Shown: positions 42,425 through 52,672, numbered from the stretch's first letter. The stretch is DNA of 64,000 nt from Candidatus Sulfobium sp. (GCA_037380845.1 JARRRI010000009.1:64001-128000), one strand, 5' to 3'. Program-made: numbers and translations. The notes: generated by a model not told the origin, from the sequence alone.

Positions 42425-43937
42425 TAACCGGACCGAAACCCGGAAGTTCCAGCCCTTCGAAGGTCGATTCCTTCAGGTACACATAAATGGGCTCGCGGGC
42501 ATCGCGTAATTCGATCCTGCGCCTGACATAGAGGCGCCCGAGGCCTTCTTCATTCACATCTGTCTCTCCAAAAATGATGTCGGCATCCTGACCTCCGGGT
42601 GTCTTGTAATCGCCGTATTCGACGTTGGGAAAGCGCGAAAAGAGCCACGGCAGGGGCCATGAGTCTTTCAGCTTGATGAGTATCTTCATGTTGTGATACT
42701 CAGGGGAGACCTTAATCTTTTGCCGTATGATATCCTGTACGTCTCTGATATCGTTTTTTGTCTGAACATAAACATAGGGCTCGGCCGGGTCCGTATAGCG
42801 GATAAAATTCAGCCTGTAACTCACAACGGCCGACCTGGCCAGGATTATAACAACAATTCCGGCGGCTACCCGGTAAAGGACGTCTCTCTTCCCACCGGAC
42901 CTGTCAACCAGGTCTTCCGTCCACAGCCCGGCGACAAAAAAGAAAGGCCAGATCAGGCTGATGATACACCACGGAGTCTTGTAGGGAATAAAGGAATATA
43001 TCAGGAAGTTGACGAGGGCCAGTACCGAAAAGAACCTCATCTTCCATGAACGGCCGAAAACTCCGGCGCAGGCACCTGCGAGTCCGGCGAGTGCGGGCCA
43101 TTCATACCTGCCCAGCAGCTGCAGCCAGTAATAGAAGGGCTTGTCGTGGCCGGATGCGCCTATCCCGGTCTTGAGCCAGGGCATAATGGCGACAAAAAAG
43201 TCGGAGGCCCCTTTCCAGTTATGAAAGAATCCGGTATAGAGGGCGAGCCAGGCAAGGAACGCCACAGACCCCGCCTTAAGGAGGAACGGTGCTCCAAGCC
43301 CCTCACTTTTCTCCCGGTGCGGCCTCCCGGCATCTCCCTTCCCCTTTGTCTGCTTCAGTATGGCGGGTGACAACTCCACCCAGGCCCATGCGGCCAGGAA
43401 GGCGACGCAGAGGATAACGAACGTCTCCTTGAGCAGAAGACAGCCCGTGAGACCGGCCAGGAACCTGATAACGGCTCGCCGCTCCGCCTTCTCTCTCAAC
43501 TCTATAAACCCCAGCATCCACAGAACCTGAAAAAAGACATATATCGGCTCGTGAATCGCCGAGCGTCCGAAAAATATTACCCCCGGGCTCAGGGCCATGG
43601 CCAGCGCAGCCGCGTGACTGCCGTAACGTCCGAGGACGGTGGAACTGCGCATGGCAAGCCACACGGTTAAAAATGAAAAAAGGGCTGTTACGAACCGGAA
43701 GGAACCGACCCCGAACCCGAAGATCTTCTCCGATATCTGGAAGAGATAAAAAAGCAGGGGACCGTGATAATTACCCGGGTCATAGGTAAAAAAACCGTTC
43801 GTCCATATCTGATTAACAAAATAACCGTTGATGCCTTCGTCGAAATGGGGGGGCTTCAGAGACAACGCGGAAAAGAGAAAAAGTCCGGCCGCCGCAAGGA
43901 CCGAATAGCGCAGAATTCTGCCTTCAGCAGCGGTCAT
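42399..43937 (-). CDS. GT-C glycosyltransferase, PMT/GT39-like (TIGR03663-type)
   Basis: PPHFDEGIN, YDPGNYHGPLLFY, KET, GHDKPFYYW, IPYKTPW, YVYVQT, SWPLPW. Confidence 0.75.
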   Translation of the reverse strand: MTAAEGRILRYSVLAAAGLFLFSALSLKPPHFDEGINGYFVNQIWTNGFFTYDPGNYHGPLLFYLFQISEKIFGFGVGSFRFVTALFSFLTVWLAMRSSTVLGRYGSHAAALAMALSPGVIFFGRSAIHEPIYVFFQVLWMLGFIELREKAERRAVIRFLAGLTGCLLLKETFVILCVAFLAAWAWVELSPAILKQTKGKGDAGRPHREKSEGLGAPFLLKAGSVAFLAWLALYTGFFHNWKGASDFFVAIMPWLKTGIGASGHDKPFYYWLQLLGRYEWPALAGLAGACAGVFGRSWKMRFFSVLALVNFLIYSFIPYKTPWCIISLIWPFFFVAGLWTEDLVDRSGGKRDVLYRVAAGIVVIILARSAVVSYRLNFIRYTDPAEPYVYVQTKNDIRDVQDIIRQKIKVSPEYHNMKILIKLKDSWPLPWLFSRFPNVEYGDYKTPGGQDADIIFGETDVNEEGLGRLYVRRRIELRDAREPIYVYLKESTFEGLELPGFGPVNAPEGKVL

Positions 43938-43980
43938 CGATCAAAACAGGGCCGAACAAAGAGCCTGCGGCGGGAAGGGG

Positions 43981-44433
43981 TCAAAGCCAATGGGGAAGAC
44001 CTTCTGTCCTGACCACCAGCCACTTCATCCTCTCCTTATCGAGGGTGAATCTGATGTGGAGAGGTCTCGCTCCATCGGCGAGGATATAGCCGGTATCGGG
44101 ACCGCGTGTCGCCGCTACCCTAACGTCAACTTCGGCTGTCGCGCTTTCGTCCCTGACGTTTATTTTCTTTATATCGTACTCGACGCTGACGTCCTTCACC
44201 TCGCCGAAGGCCTTTTCCATCAGCTTCCTGAGATATAGATAGGACAGACCGTTGTCGTCGGTGTAATTGAAGGAGACCCTGGACATCACGTCGTCAACCT
44301 TCCGCTCTTCTATCGCATGCGCCCCCTCGCTGAAGAGTTTCCTGATCCGGGCCTCGTCGGAAGGCCACAGGAAATGGACCATTACTGGAGCCAGGAAAAG
44401 GAGCGTAAGGAGCGCGATCGATTTTTTGCTCAC
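43981..44433 (-). CDS. Membrane-anchored NTF2-like hypothetical protein
   Basis: GTG start overlapping the bioA stop; TM helix, SDEARIRKLF, VSFNYTDDNG, C-terminal KWLV. Confidence 0.6.
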   Translation of the reverse strand: MSKKSIALLTLLFLAPVMVHFLWPSDEARIRKLFSEGAHAIEERKVDDVMSRVSFNYTDDNGLSYLYLRKLMEKAFGEVKDVSVEYDIKKINVRDESATAEVDVRVAATRGPDTGYILADGARPLHIRFTLDKERMKWLVVRTEGLPHWL

Positions 44434-45836
44434 GTTACCGCCTTTATCGACTCCCCGATCACATCGAGCATCCTCCGGAGGTCCTGTTCGCTTATATTGA
44501 GCGGGGGCATTATCACCACCACATTCCCTAGAGGCCTTATAAATACGCCTTTTCCCCGCGCATGCATTGAAACCCGCCAGCCCATCTTTTCCTCCCATGG
44601 ATAAGGCTCCTTCGTGGGCCGGTCCTTCACAAGCTCTACTCCAGCCATAAACCCCCTGTTCCTGGCTTCGCCCACATGCTTCAGGCGCGAGATCTCCCGG
44701 AGTCCCCGTTCTAGAAGTTTGATTCTGCTCTGGAGCCTCTTCAGGGTGCCCTCCTTTTCGAAAATATCGAGGCAGGCCAGTGCGGCGGCGCACCCCAGGG
44801 GATTGCCGGTATAGGAATGGCCGTGGAAAAAAGTTTTCAGGTCCCTGAAATCACCCAGAAAGGCGTCATACACCTCGCCGGTAGTGACTGTAACCGCCAG
44901 AGGGAGATAACCCCCCGTGATGCCCTTCGAGAGACAGAGCATGTCGGGCACAACCGACTCGTGCTCACACGCGAACATCAGCCCCGTCCTTCCGAAACCG
45001 GTCGCAACCTCGTCGGCGATGAGGAGCACATTATATCTGGTGCACAGATCGCGTACACCCCGAAGGTAGCCCGGGGGTGAAACTATCATACCTCCCACTG
45101 CCTGGACAACAGGCTCGATTATTACGGCCGCGATTTCATCACCATGTCCCGCCAGGATACCTTCCATCTTCTTCAGACAAAAAATGTCGCAGCCGGGAAA
45201 TTCACCTCCCAGTTCGCAACGGTAGCAGTATGGCGAAGGCGCCTTGAACGTCTTGAAAAGGAGAGGCCCGAACACCTCATGGAATATATCCACCCCTCCT
45301 ACGCTTACCGCCCCGATAGTGTCGCCGTGATAGGCATTGTTTAGCGAAAGAAAACTGTTTTTCCCAGTGACGCCCTTATGCAGCCAGTACTGAAACGCCA
45401 TCTTGAGCGCCACCTCGACAGCCGTAGACCCGTTATCGGAATAGAACACCCTTGAAAGGACGGGACCCTGCGCCTGCCCGGAAGATGGCAGCCACGAAGG
45501 GCTGCCCGTACGCCCGAACGACCGGCCAATGACCCCCATCAGTCTTTCAGCCAGTTTTATTGCCGGCACGTTGCTGAGGCCGAGCATTGTGCAGTGGCTT
45601 ATTTGCTCAACCTGCTCCCTTATTGCGTCATCGATCTCTTTCTTCCTGTGACCGTGGATATTTACCCACAGCGAGGAGACGCCGTCCAGGTATCTGTTGC
45701 CCTCGATATCCTCGATGCAGGAGTCTGAGCCGCGGGCGACAATGACGGTCTTCTCTCTCTCCCAGTCCTTCATCTGGGTGAAAGGATGCCAGATGTACCT
45801 CTTGTCCAGTTCCTCGAGCCGACTTTGTTCTTCCAT
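44430..45836 (-). CDS. bioA: Adenosylmethionine-8-amino-7-oxononanoate aminotransferase
   Basis: IWHPFTQM, DGVSSLWVNIHGH, YHGDTIG, DEVATGFGRTG, SKGITGGYLP, HGHSYTGN. Confidence 0.95.
   Translation of the reverse strand: MEEQSRLEELDKRYIWHPFTQMKDWEREKTVIVARGSDSCIEDIEGNRYLDGVSSLWVNIHGHRKKEIDDAIREQVEQISHCTMLGLSNVPAIKLAERLMGVIGRSFGRTGSPSWLPSSGQAQGPVLSRVFYSDNGSTAVEVALKMAFQYWLHKGVTGKNSFLSLNNAYHGDTIGAVSVGGVDIFHEVFGPLLFKTFKAPSPYCYRCELGGEFPGCDIFCLKKMEGILAGHGDEIAAVIIEPVVQAVGGMIVSPPGYLRGVRDLCTRYNVLLIADEVATGFGRTGLMFACEHESVVPDMLCLSKGITGGYLPLAVTVTTGEVYDAFLGDFRDLKTFFHGHSYTGNPLGCAAALACLDIFEKEGTLKRLQSRIKLLERGLREISRLKHVGEARNRGFMAGVELVKDRPTKEPYPWEEKMGWRVSMHARGKGVFIRPLGNVVVIMPPLNISEQDLRRMLDVIGESIKAVT
45455..45511 (-). 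repeat. Degenerate REP doublet (REPIN-like) inserted in frame in bioA
   Basis: gtacgggcagcccttcgtggctgcc-atcttcc-gggcaggcgcagggtcccgtccttt; encodes TGSPSWLPSSGQAQGPVL. Confidence 0.55.
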
Positions 45837-46033
45837 AAACCCTTATAGTCTACAACGGGGCCGCTTATCTTTCCAAGAATGCAGAGAAACATTTCACAAC
45901 TGAGGTGCTGAGACACGGAGAAAGCCCTGTGCGGAAAACAGGAATAATCGTCAGGGGTATTAATTTGGCCTCTGCACTTTGCGATCTTGCGGGCCGGCAT
46001 GAATAATTGCCTTTGCCAATTTAGGGATGCGGG

Positions 46034-46822
46034 TCAGAGCCCCTCAGACATGCCGGTCCGTCTGACGTATAAGACAAGGCCGGGAAGGCCTCCCAGGAAG
46101 TTTGCAAAAAACCATGAGAGGGAGAGAGACGTAGCCACTGCAGGGCTTACCCCGATGAGGCCGAGAAGAAGCACGAACGACCCCTCTCTCACGCCAAGCC
46201 CGGACACCGAGATGGGAATGGTGCTTACGGAAATAATAATCGGGAGAAAGACAAAGAGGAGGACCATAGGGATGTCCTCTCCCATGGCCAGGGCCAGGAT
46301 AATCACCATAAAGAAATTAAGCAACTGGACGACGAGGGAGAGCAGCACGGCCTTGACGATGACATCCTTCCTGGATTTCAGCCTCCCGAAATAGTCATAA
46401 ATTTCGCCGATGGAGCCGAATTTTTTTCCTAATTGCAGCCTGAAAAAAAGGATGCTCGCCACAACGAAGGTGACAAAAATCAGAGGCATAAGCCACTTGT
46501 ACACCGTCTTCCCGAAATACCCGGCAGCAAAGGGAAAGGCTGAAATGCCTATGGTCATCAGACTCAAAAAACCAAAGTATCTGTCCATAAATACGGATGC
46601 CAGCGTGAGACTGCCGGGGAGGAGAAGCTTCCATCTCAAAGTCGACACGGCCTGCGCCATTACATAGGGAAGCGCCGCCAGGACGAAATAAAGGGGACCG
46701 ATCTTCGCCAGCATGAGGGCGAATTCCCTGACATCGATCCCGGAGAAGACGGCGTAGAGGGCCGCCGCACTGACAACCACCTTGACGATAAAGAAGAGGA
46801 TCTTACGGGTTCCCGGGGCCAA
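46034..46822 (-). CDS. Lysylphosphatidylglycerol synthase TM / flippase-like protein, internally truncated
   Basis: LRWKLLL, ASVFMDR, PISVSGLGVREG. The usual N..LP..GGD segment is absent. Confidence 0.78.
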   Translation of the reverse strand: MAPGTRKILFFIVKVVVSAAALYAVFSGIDVREFALMLAKIGPLYFVLAALPYVMAQAVSTLRWKLLLPGSLTLASVFMDRYFGFLSLMTIGISAFPFAAGYFGKTVYKWLMPLIFVTFVVASILFFRLQLGKKFGSIGEIYDYFGRLKSRKDVIVKAVLLSLVVQLLNFFMVIILALAMGEDIPMVLLFVFLPIIISVSTIPISVSGLGVREGSFVLLLGLIGVSPAVATSLSLSWFFANFLGGLPGLVLYVRRTGMSEGL

Positions 46823-47753
46823 TTACTTTCTTGATCACGTATATAGGTTTTTTCTGTGTTTCATGGTAGACCCGCACCATCATCTCTCCCAGGAGACCCA
46901 TCCCGATAAACTGTATCCCTACGATGATGAGCAGCGCCCCCAGCAGAAGGAGCGGCCTTCCGCCTATGTCCCTGCCCAGAAAGATCTTCTGAAAACTGAG
47001 ATACAGGGAAATGAGTCCCCCCAGGGCCCCGCTGAAAATGCCCACCGGCCCGAAGAACTGGAGCGGCCGGGTCGAAAAACTGAGGAGGAACTTTACGGTT
47101 ATCAGGTCGAGGACCACCCTGACCGTCCGGGAAATCCCATACTTCGACTTCCCCCTCAGCCTCGGATGGTGTACCGTTTCAACTTCGGCGATTTTTACCC
47201 CGTACCACTTCGCCACGGCAGGGATAAACCTGTGCATCTCTCCGTATAGCTTCAGGTTTTTTATGACATCCCTGCGATATGCCTTCAGGGAGCACCCGTA
47301 GTCGTGAAGGTTCACCCCTGTTACCTTGCTTATCAGCCGGTTGGCCATCATTGAAGGCAGCCGCCTCGATAAAAAGGGGTCCTTCCTCCTCTTCCTCCAT
47401 CCGCTGACTATATCGTGGTCCCTGATTGCTTCCAGGAGTTTTGGTATGTCCGCGGGGTCGTTCTGGAGGTCGCCGTCCATGGTGATGACGACGTCTCCGC
47501 GGGCGTAGTCGAACCCGGCGGCGAAGGCTGCGGTCTGGCCAAAGTTCCTTCTTAGACTGAGGGCAACCAGATTGCCGTCCCCGGATTGTATCCTCTCAAG
47601 CAGGGACAGCGTTCCATCGGAACTGCCGTCGTCGATGAAGATCATCTCGTATTCGATGTCGAGAGAGTCAAGCACCGCCTTAAGCCGGCGGTGGAGCTCC
47701 TCCACATTTTCCTCTTCGTTATAAAGCGGGACCACTACTGAAACGGTCATCAA
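46803..47753 (-). CDS. GT2 polyprenyl-phosphate glycosyltransferase (ArnC/DPM1-like)
   Basis: SVVVPLYNEEEN, DDGSSD, RNFGQTAA, MDGDLQNDP, HDYGCSLKAY, MHRFIP, two C-terminal TM helices. Confidence 0.92.
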   Translation of the reverse strand: MMTVSVVVPLYNEEENVEELHRRLKAVLDSLDIEYEMIFIDDGSSDGTLSLLERIQSGDGNLVALSLRRNFGQTAAFAAGFDYARGDVVITMDGDLQNDPADIPKLLEAIRDHDIVSGWRKRRKDPFLSRRLPSMMANRLISKVTGVNLHDYGCSLKAYRRDVIKNLKLYGEMHRFIPAVAKWYGVKIAEVETVHHPRLRGKSKYGISRTVRVVLDLITVKFLLSFSTRPLQFFGPVGIFSGALGGLISLYLSFQKIFLGRDIGGRPLLLLGALLIIVGIQFIGMGLLGEMMVRVYHETQKKPIYVIKKVIGPGNP

Positions 47754-49728
47754 TAAATCTCCGCAGAGCTCATTTTCATGCCCTTGAAATCATAACACTT
47801 AAATATCGTAAATTTCATTATCTTGTCCCTTTTTATATGCACGGGAAACACCTCCTTGCTATATCTTTCAAAGGACTTTGCGAGCCGCTCAGGCATGTCC
47901 CTGTTCTCTCCGCGCACCACATATATGGCGTTATAACCTACCAGTTTTCCAAACCCGGGCCACAGGTCGTACTGGTTCATCCGCCTCCCGAGATTCACAC
48001 AATATGTCACAGGGTTGCCCTTCACGTAGAAGGCAAGCTCTCCGGCGATCTGGTAGGTGTCTGAAAAGATGAACAGGGGACCGGCGGAAGACATCCCGGT
48101 TTCGATCCGGCTTGTCTCCTCGCCCAGCTCCTTCCAGCCCTGAAGCTTCTTGGCCGGGTCCAGTTTGAGAGGAAGGTTCAATATCGAGGGGACATAGGCA
48201 AAAACAGTCACCGCAAATGACAGGACGATAGCCGATGTCACCAGGACCTTGACGGACTTCCGGGCATGGCCTATGTCACGGAAATAATATGCAGCAAAGC
48301 CCACAAACCCCGTCGCGTAGGCAGGCAGCGCCCAATTGCCCTGCACCTTTCCCTGGATGCTCTTCAGTACAAAAAATGCGATGACCGGAATGGAGAACCA
48401 GAAAAGGAAATCGCCCTTCTTATCCCTTTTCATCTTCCAGAGCGCGACAAAAATCATGACGCACAATATGGGCGTAACTACACCCAGCTGGGACCCCAGA
48501 AATCCGAAGAAATGGTTCCATGAGATCCTCAGTCCGTCCGCCAGGTGCGCCTGACCGGCGGTGTGCTTCACTGTTACCCAGCCGTGTGCGGCGTTCCAGA
48601 AGACGACCGGACTGAAAACCACCAGACTGGCTGCAAAGGCGATATAAGGGCCGCCGGTCCTGAAGAGCTTCCTCGAATCTTTGTTGAAGACCATGAAAAG
48701 AAAAGCCGACAGGTAGAAGAAGGCCATCGTGTATTTAGCCAGCAGGCCGAATCCTACAGACAGGCCGAGAAGCAGCCAGTAACGGTTCGCTTTCCGGCCT
48801 GTCTTCCGCCCCGCTGCCTTCCAGAAGAGGAAGAGCGAAAGTATCCAGAGGAACATGAACGGCGAATCTATTGTAAGCAGCATCCCGAAGACGGAATAGA
48901 GCGGGACGATCTGGACCAGCAGGGCGGACACCAGACCCGTCCGTTTGTCGTAGAGGTTGCCGCCTATGAGGAAAATCACGATGCTGCTCAATGCGGAAAG
49001 AAGGACCGCGAAAATCCTGACACCGAAGACGTTGTTACCGAAGAGGGAGGTGCCGACGTAAATCAAATAGGCGATCAGGGGACCCTTGGAGTAGTAGCTC
49101 CAGTCGAGCCGTCTGGACCATTCCCAATATTGGGCCTCGTCAAAGCTCAGGTCGAAAGGGCCGGTCAGGATATAATAGATGCGGAAGAGTCCGAAAGCCA
49201 GAACCATCAGGTAGAGCGCCTGCGTGTAGTCGCGTTTCACGTAAATCTCCTTGGCCCACCTGGCAAGGCGGAGAAAGGCCCAGGCACATCCACCGCCGAC
49301 AACGGCGCCTGCAGCGACATCAAAGGGATAGTGGACTCCCACATAGACACGGGATAGCCCGATGAGCGCCGCCGCGAGGACCATGATGAAGCTGCCCCGG
49401 TCCCTGCGTGAAATCCAGAACACCGTTGCAAAGGCAAAGGTGTTCACGGCATGGTTGGACGGCATTGAAAAGGAAGACCCGCAACCGGCCATGAGATGGA
49501 TATCCGGCAGCACGTGGCACGGCCGGGGCCTCGCGATCAGATGATTGAGGAAATGTCCGGTCCCTTCGGAAAAAATATCGGCGAAGACCGCCAGGACCAT
49601 ACGATGACCGGCAAAAAAAGCAGCGGTGGATAGTTGGTGACAAAAGGCATCACCACATCGAACACAGGGTTCTGAATACCCTTGTTGAGGAAGTGGAAAA
49701 GCGCGGTGTCAATGGAAGTAAGACTCAT
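47750..49728 (-). CDS. PAP2 phosphatase fused to an ArnT/GT39-like glycosyltransferase; frame break near 49598
   Basis: 5' part MSLTSIDTALFHFLN..VFDVVMPFVT (ORF 49537..49728). PAP2 motifs RPRP, SMPSNH, SRVYVGVHYPFDV; GT-C motifs DEAQYWEWS, YYSKGP, KYT. Confidence 0.82.
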
Positions 49729-49863
49729 ATACGCTCACGACCTCTGATCAAAATCGACCCTGCAGCTGAGAAAAACGATCAGAACGCAAGGAAGGGGCGA
49801 TAAATAAGATCAAGTCGTCATTACAAGACTTTTTCGGTGTCCCTTCCCTGCTTTTTTTCAATA

Positions 49864-50115
49864 TCACGCCTTCTCAATCAGCTGCCACTCGGCAAAGCCC
49901 TCTTTCCTCTTCTCCACTCTCCGGCCCCTGAGCCTGACCGACTCTTTTACAGGATCGGTCTTCACCGTGATAAAAGCTCTCGCTATATTGGCCACCGTGG
50001 CCTCCTGGAAAACGAATTCTGAGCCGTCCCTGAGAACTATTTTCGTCCGTGCGTGCCGGTGTCCTGCCGGTATTTCGACGTGGACTTCCACAACAACTTC
50101 GTTACTTATGATCAA
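49864..50115 (-). CDS. Small hypothetical protein
   Basis: 83-aa ORF abutting the plsC stop; EIPAGHRH, FQEATVAN, GFAEWQL. Confidence 0.65.
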   Translation of the reverse strand: MIISNEVVVEVHVEIPAGHRHARTKIVLRDGSEFVFQEATVANIARAFITVKTDPVKESVRLRGRRVEKRKEGFAEWQLIEKA

Positions 50116-50916
50116 TCACTTCTCCTCATTCTGAGCCTGCCACACATCGAGCTTCTCTTTTATAAACGCTATGACCTTTTCATGCTGGCCCGCCCCGCGG
50201 CCCTCGATCTCCAGCGGTTCGCCGAAGGCAAAAAAGACCTTCTTGTGCGTATCTACCGGCCCCAACTCCTTCAATTTCTTCCCGATGCCCCAGGCATCGG
50301 TCTTCAATGCTACGGGTATAACAGGCGCGCCTGCCCTCGCCGCAAGCTTAACCCCGAGGCTGTTGAATTCTTCAGGTCTGAACTCGACGGACCGTGTGCT
50401 CTGAGGAAAGATAATGACGGATATTCCTGATTCCAACTTTTTCCTGCCCCCTTCCAGCACGGTCTTGAGATCTTCGCGCGGATTCTTCCTGTCGATAGCC
50501 ACGGGGTCCCTCGACCGCATCACATGGCCGAAGACCGGGGCGGTGAGGAGACTGCTCTTCACGACAAAAGCCACCGGCTTTACGGGCTGGATGATACATG
50601 GAAGCACAAAGGTTTCCAGGGTGCTCATGTGGTTTGCAACGAAGACGACGGGACCGGGGCTGCGCGTGATATTTTCCATGCCGGTTATCTCGACCTCCAC
50701 CCCCACGTTCTCCACTATGTGAAGTATATCCAGGCTCCCCTTCACCCATTCACGGTCCCCGTATCGTGCCTTTTTTGCCTGCCGGGAGTTTGTCCAGACG
50801 ACCCTGAACACCTGGGGATAGAAGGTGAATTTAGGACTCAGAAAAATCCTCGAAAAAAGGGAGCGTCTGCGGTCAGTGACTGTCCTGTATGTATCTTTTT
50901 CGGCTAACGCCAACAA
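50116..50916 (-). CDS. plsC: 1-acyl-sn-glycerol-3-phosphate acyltransferase family
   Basis: VFVANHMSTLE (HX4E variant), IDRKN, IIFPQSTRS, PVIPVAL. Confidence 0.82.
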   Translation of the reverse strand: MLALAEKDTYRTVTDRRRSLFSRIFLSPKFTFYPQVFRVVWTNSRQAKKARYGDREWVKGSLDILHIVENVGVEVEITGMENITRSPGPVVFVANHMSTLETFVLPCIIQPVKPVAFVVKSSLLTAPVFGHVMRSRDPVAIDRKNPREDLKTVLEGGRKKLESGISVIIFPQSTRSVEFRPEEFNSLGVKLAARAGAPVIPVALKTDAWGIGKKLKELGPVDTHKKVFFAFGEPLEIEGRGAGQHEKVIAFIKEKLDVWQAQNEEK

Positions 50917-50946
50917 TCAATCCCCTGCAGCAGGCCGGCTGCTTCA

Positions 50947-52527
50947 CTACCTGTTGCCGGCCGCCCATTTTTTTATCTCCGAAACCATCGACTCAACCGT
51001 GGCCTCTTCCGGCATGATCCGTACTTTAAGTCCCGCCTTCTCGATGGCCTTCGCAGTGACGGGTCCGATGGCGGCAATCGCCACGTCTTTCAAAAGTGCG
51101 TCTGCATCCTCGCCCATAAGCTCCCTGAAATTGTTGAAAGTCGCCGCGCTGGTAAAGGTGGCGATAGTGATCCTTCCCTCTTTTAAGAACCTTTTCAGTC
51201 GCTTGCCGTGAAGCTCCGGCTTGGCAGCCGCATATGCAACCGGCACGTCGATTTCTCCCCCGAGTTCTCTCACCTTTTCCGGGAATATCTCTCTGGCCAC
51301 CTCGGCCCTCGGGAGGAGAAATTTCATGCCCCGAAGCGGCCCGGAGTTTTGAAGGGCGGATTTGGTGTCCTTACTCCTCGCTCCTGACCCCTCGCTCCTC
51401 ACTTCTTTTACGAATGCCTCGATCAAACCTTCCGCCCGGAATTTTTCGGGAACCAGGTCAACCCTGATCCCGAACTTCTCGACCTCTTCCGCGGTCCGGG
51501 TGCCTATCGCACACACTTTGAGGCCCTTCAGCTCCCGTATGTCGACTGCCCTCTCAAAGAGCCTCATGAAGAAATATTTTACGCCGTTGGCGCTCGTAAA
51601 TATCAGCCACTGATATTCTCCGAGCCTGTCGATCGACCGGTCGAGCTCTTTCCAGTTTCCCGGCGGCACCACCTCAACGGTCGAAAACCTTATTATCTCG
51701 GCCCCTAGTTCCTCCAGCGGCTCGAATCCGCCGGAGTGCTCCCTGGTTACAAGCACCCGGTGGCCGAACATCGGTCTCTCCTCATACCATTTGAGGTCCT
51801 GCCGGAGTCTCACAACATCGCCCACGACCATGACGGCGGGCGGCCTTATGTCCTTCTCCCTTACAAGGGCGGCAATGTCCTTCAGTGTCCCCACGATGGT
51901 CCTCTGGTCCGGCCTGGTGCCCCACCTGATCACTGCCACCGGCGTTTCCGGCTTTCTGCCGTTTTCTATCAATTTCCGGGAAAGCACGCCTATGTTCTTC
52001 ACCGCCATCAGGAAAACGAGCGTGCCTACGCCGGTCGCAAGTTTCGACCAGTCGATGGCAGACTCCGCTTTTGTCGTGTCTTCATAACCCGGGATGACTG
52101 CAAAGGAAGATGAGTACAGCCTGTGCGTAAGGGGAATGCCCGCATAGGCCGGAGCGGCGACGGAAGAACTCACGCCCGGGACCACCTCGAACCGTATGCC
52201 CTCTCTCGCCAGCACTTGGGCCTCTTCTCCGCCCCGGCCGAACACGAAAGGGTCTCCCCCCTTAAGGCGGCAGACGACCTTCCCCTCCTTCGCCTTCCTT
52301 ACGATGGCGGCGTTGATCTCATCCTGGGTCATTGTGTGGTGACCGCCGCGTTTCCCCGCATAGATGAATTCAGCGTCGTGGCTGATATAGTTGAGTATCT
52401 GCGCATTCAGGTGGAAATCGTATATCACCGCCTCGGCTTTCCTGAGACAGTTGAGCCCTTTGACGGTCAGGAGCCCTACATCGCCAGGCCCTGCACCCAC
52501 AAGATAAACAACGCCAGCTTTTTCCAT
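50947..52527 (-). CDS. cobA-hemD: Uroporphyrinogen-III C-methyltransferase / synthase fusion
   Basis: VYLVGAGPGD, RLKGGDPFVFGRGGEE; HemD part with IFTSANGV and AIGPVTA. Confidence 0.94.
   Translation of the reverse strand: MEKAGVVYLVGAGPGDVGLLTVKGLNCLRKAEAVIYDFHLNAQILNYISHDAEFIYAGKRGGHHTMTQDEINAAIVRKAKEGKVVCRLKGGDPFVFGRGGEEAQVLAREGIRFEVVPGVSSSVAAPAYAGIPLTHRLYSSSFAVIPGYEDTTKAESAIDWSKLATGVGTLVFLMAVKNIGVLSRKLIENGRKPETPVAVIRWGTRPDQRTIVGTLKDIAALVREKDIRPPAVMVVGDVVRLRQDLKWYEERPMFGHRVLVTREHSGGFEPLEELGAEIIRFSTVEVVPPGNWKELDRSIDRLGEYQWLIFTSANGVKYFFMRLFERAVDIRELKGLKVCAIGTRTAEEVEKFGIRVDLVPEKFRAEGLIEAFVKEVRSEGSGARSKDTKSALQNSGPLRGMKFLLPRAEVAREIFPEKVRELGGEIDVPVAYAAAKPELHGKRLKRFLKEGRITIATFTSAATFNNFRELMGEDADALLKDVAIAAIGPVTAKAIEKAGLKVRIMPEEATVESMVSEIKKWAAGNR
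51369..51410. repeat. Heptamer tandem array inserted in frame in cobA-hemD
   Basis: ccttact cctcgct cctgacc cctcgct cctcact tctttta; encodes KEVRSEGSGARSK. Confidence 0.72.
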
Positions 52528-52672
52528 AAGACATTCATTTTAGCACAAAGCCTCTCCGGGGAGGCACAGACCCTGTGCACTCTTTCGCCCATCCGGTCAC
52601 CCGATTTCAGAGATTTTGAGGAAGACTGGGACCGGCGGCTTCCGCCTGTGATAGAATAAACAAGGAGCATCC

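Noticed and set aside
44434..44793. Long N-terminal extension of ORF 43981-44793
   Set aside because: It overlaps bioA in another frame; the GTG at 44433 coupled to the bioA stop is the more plausible start.
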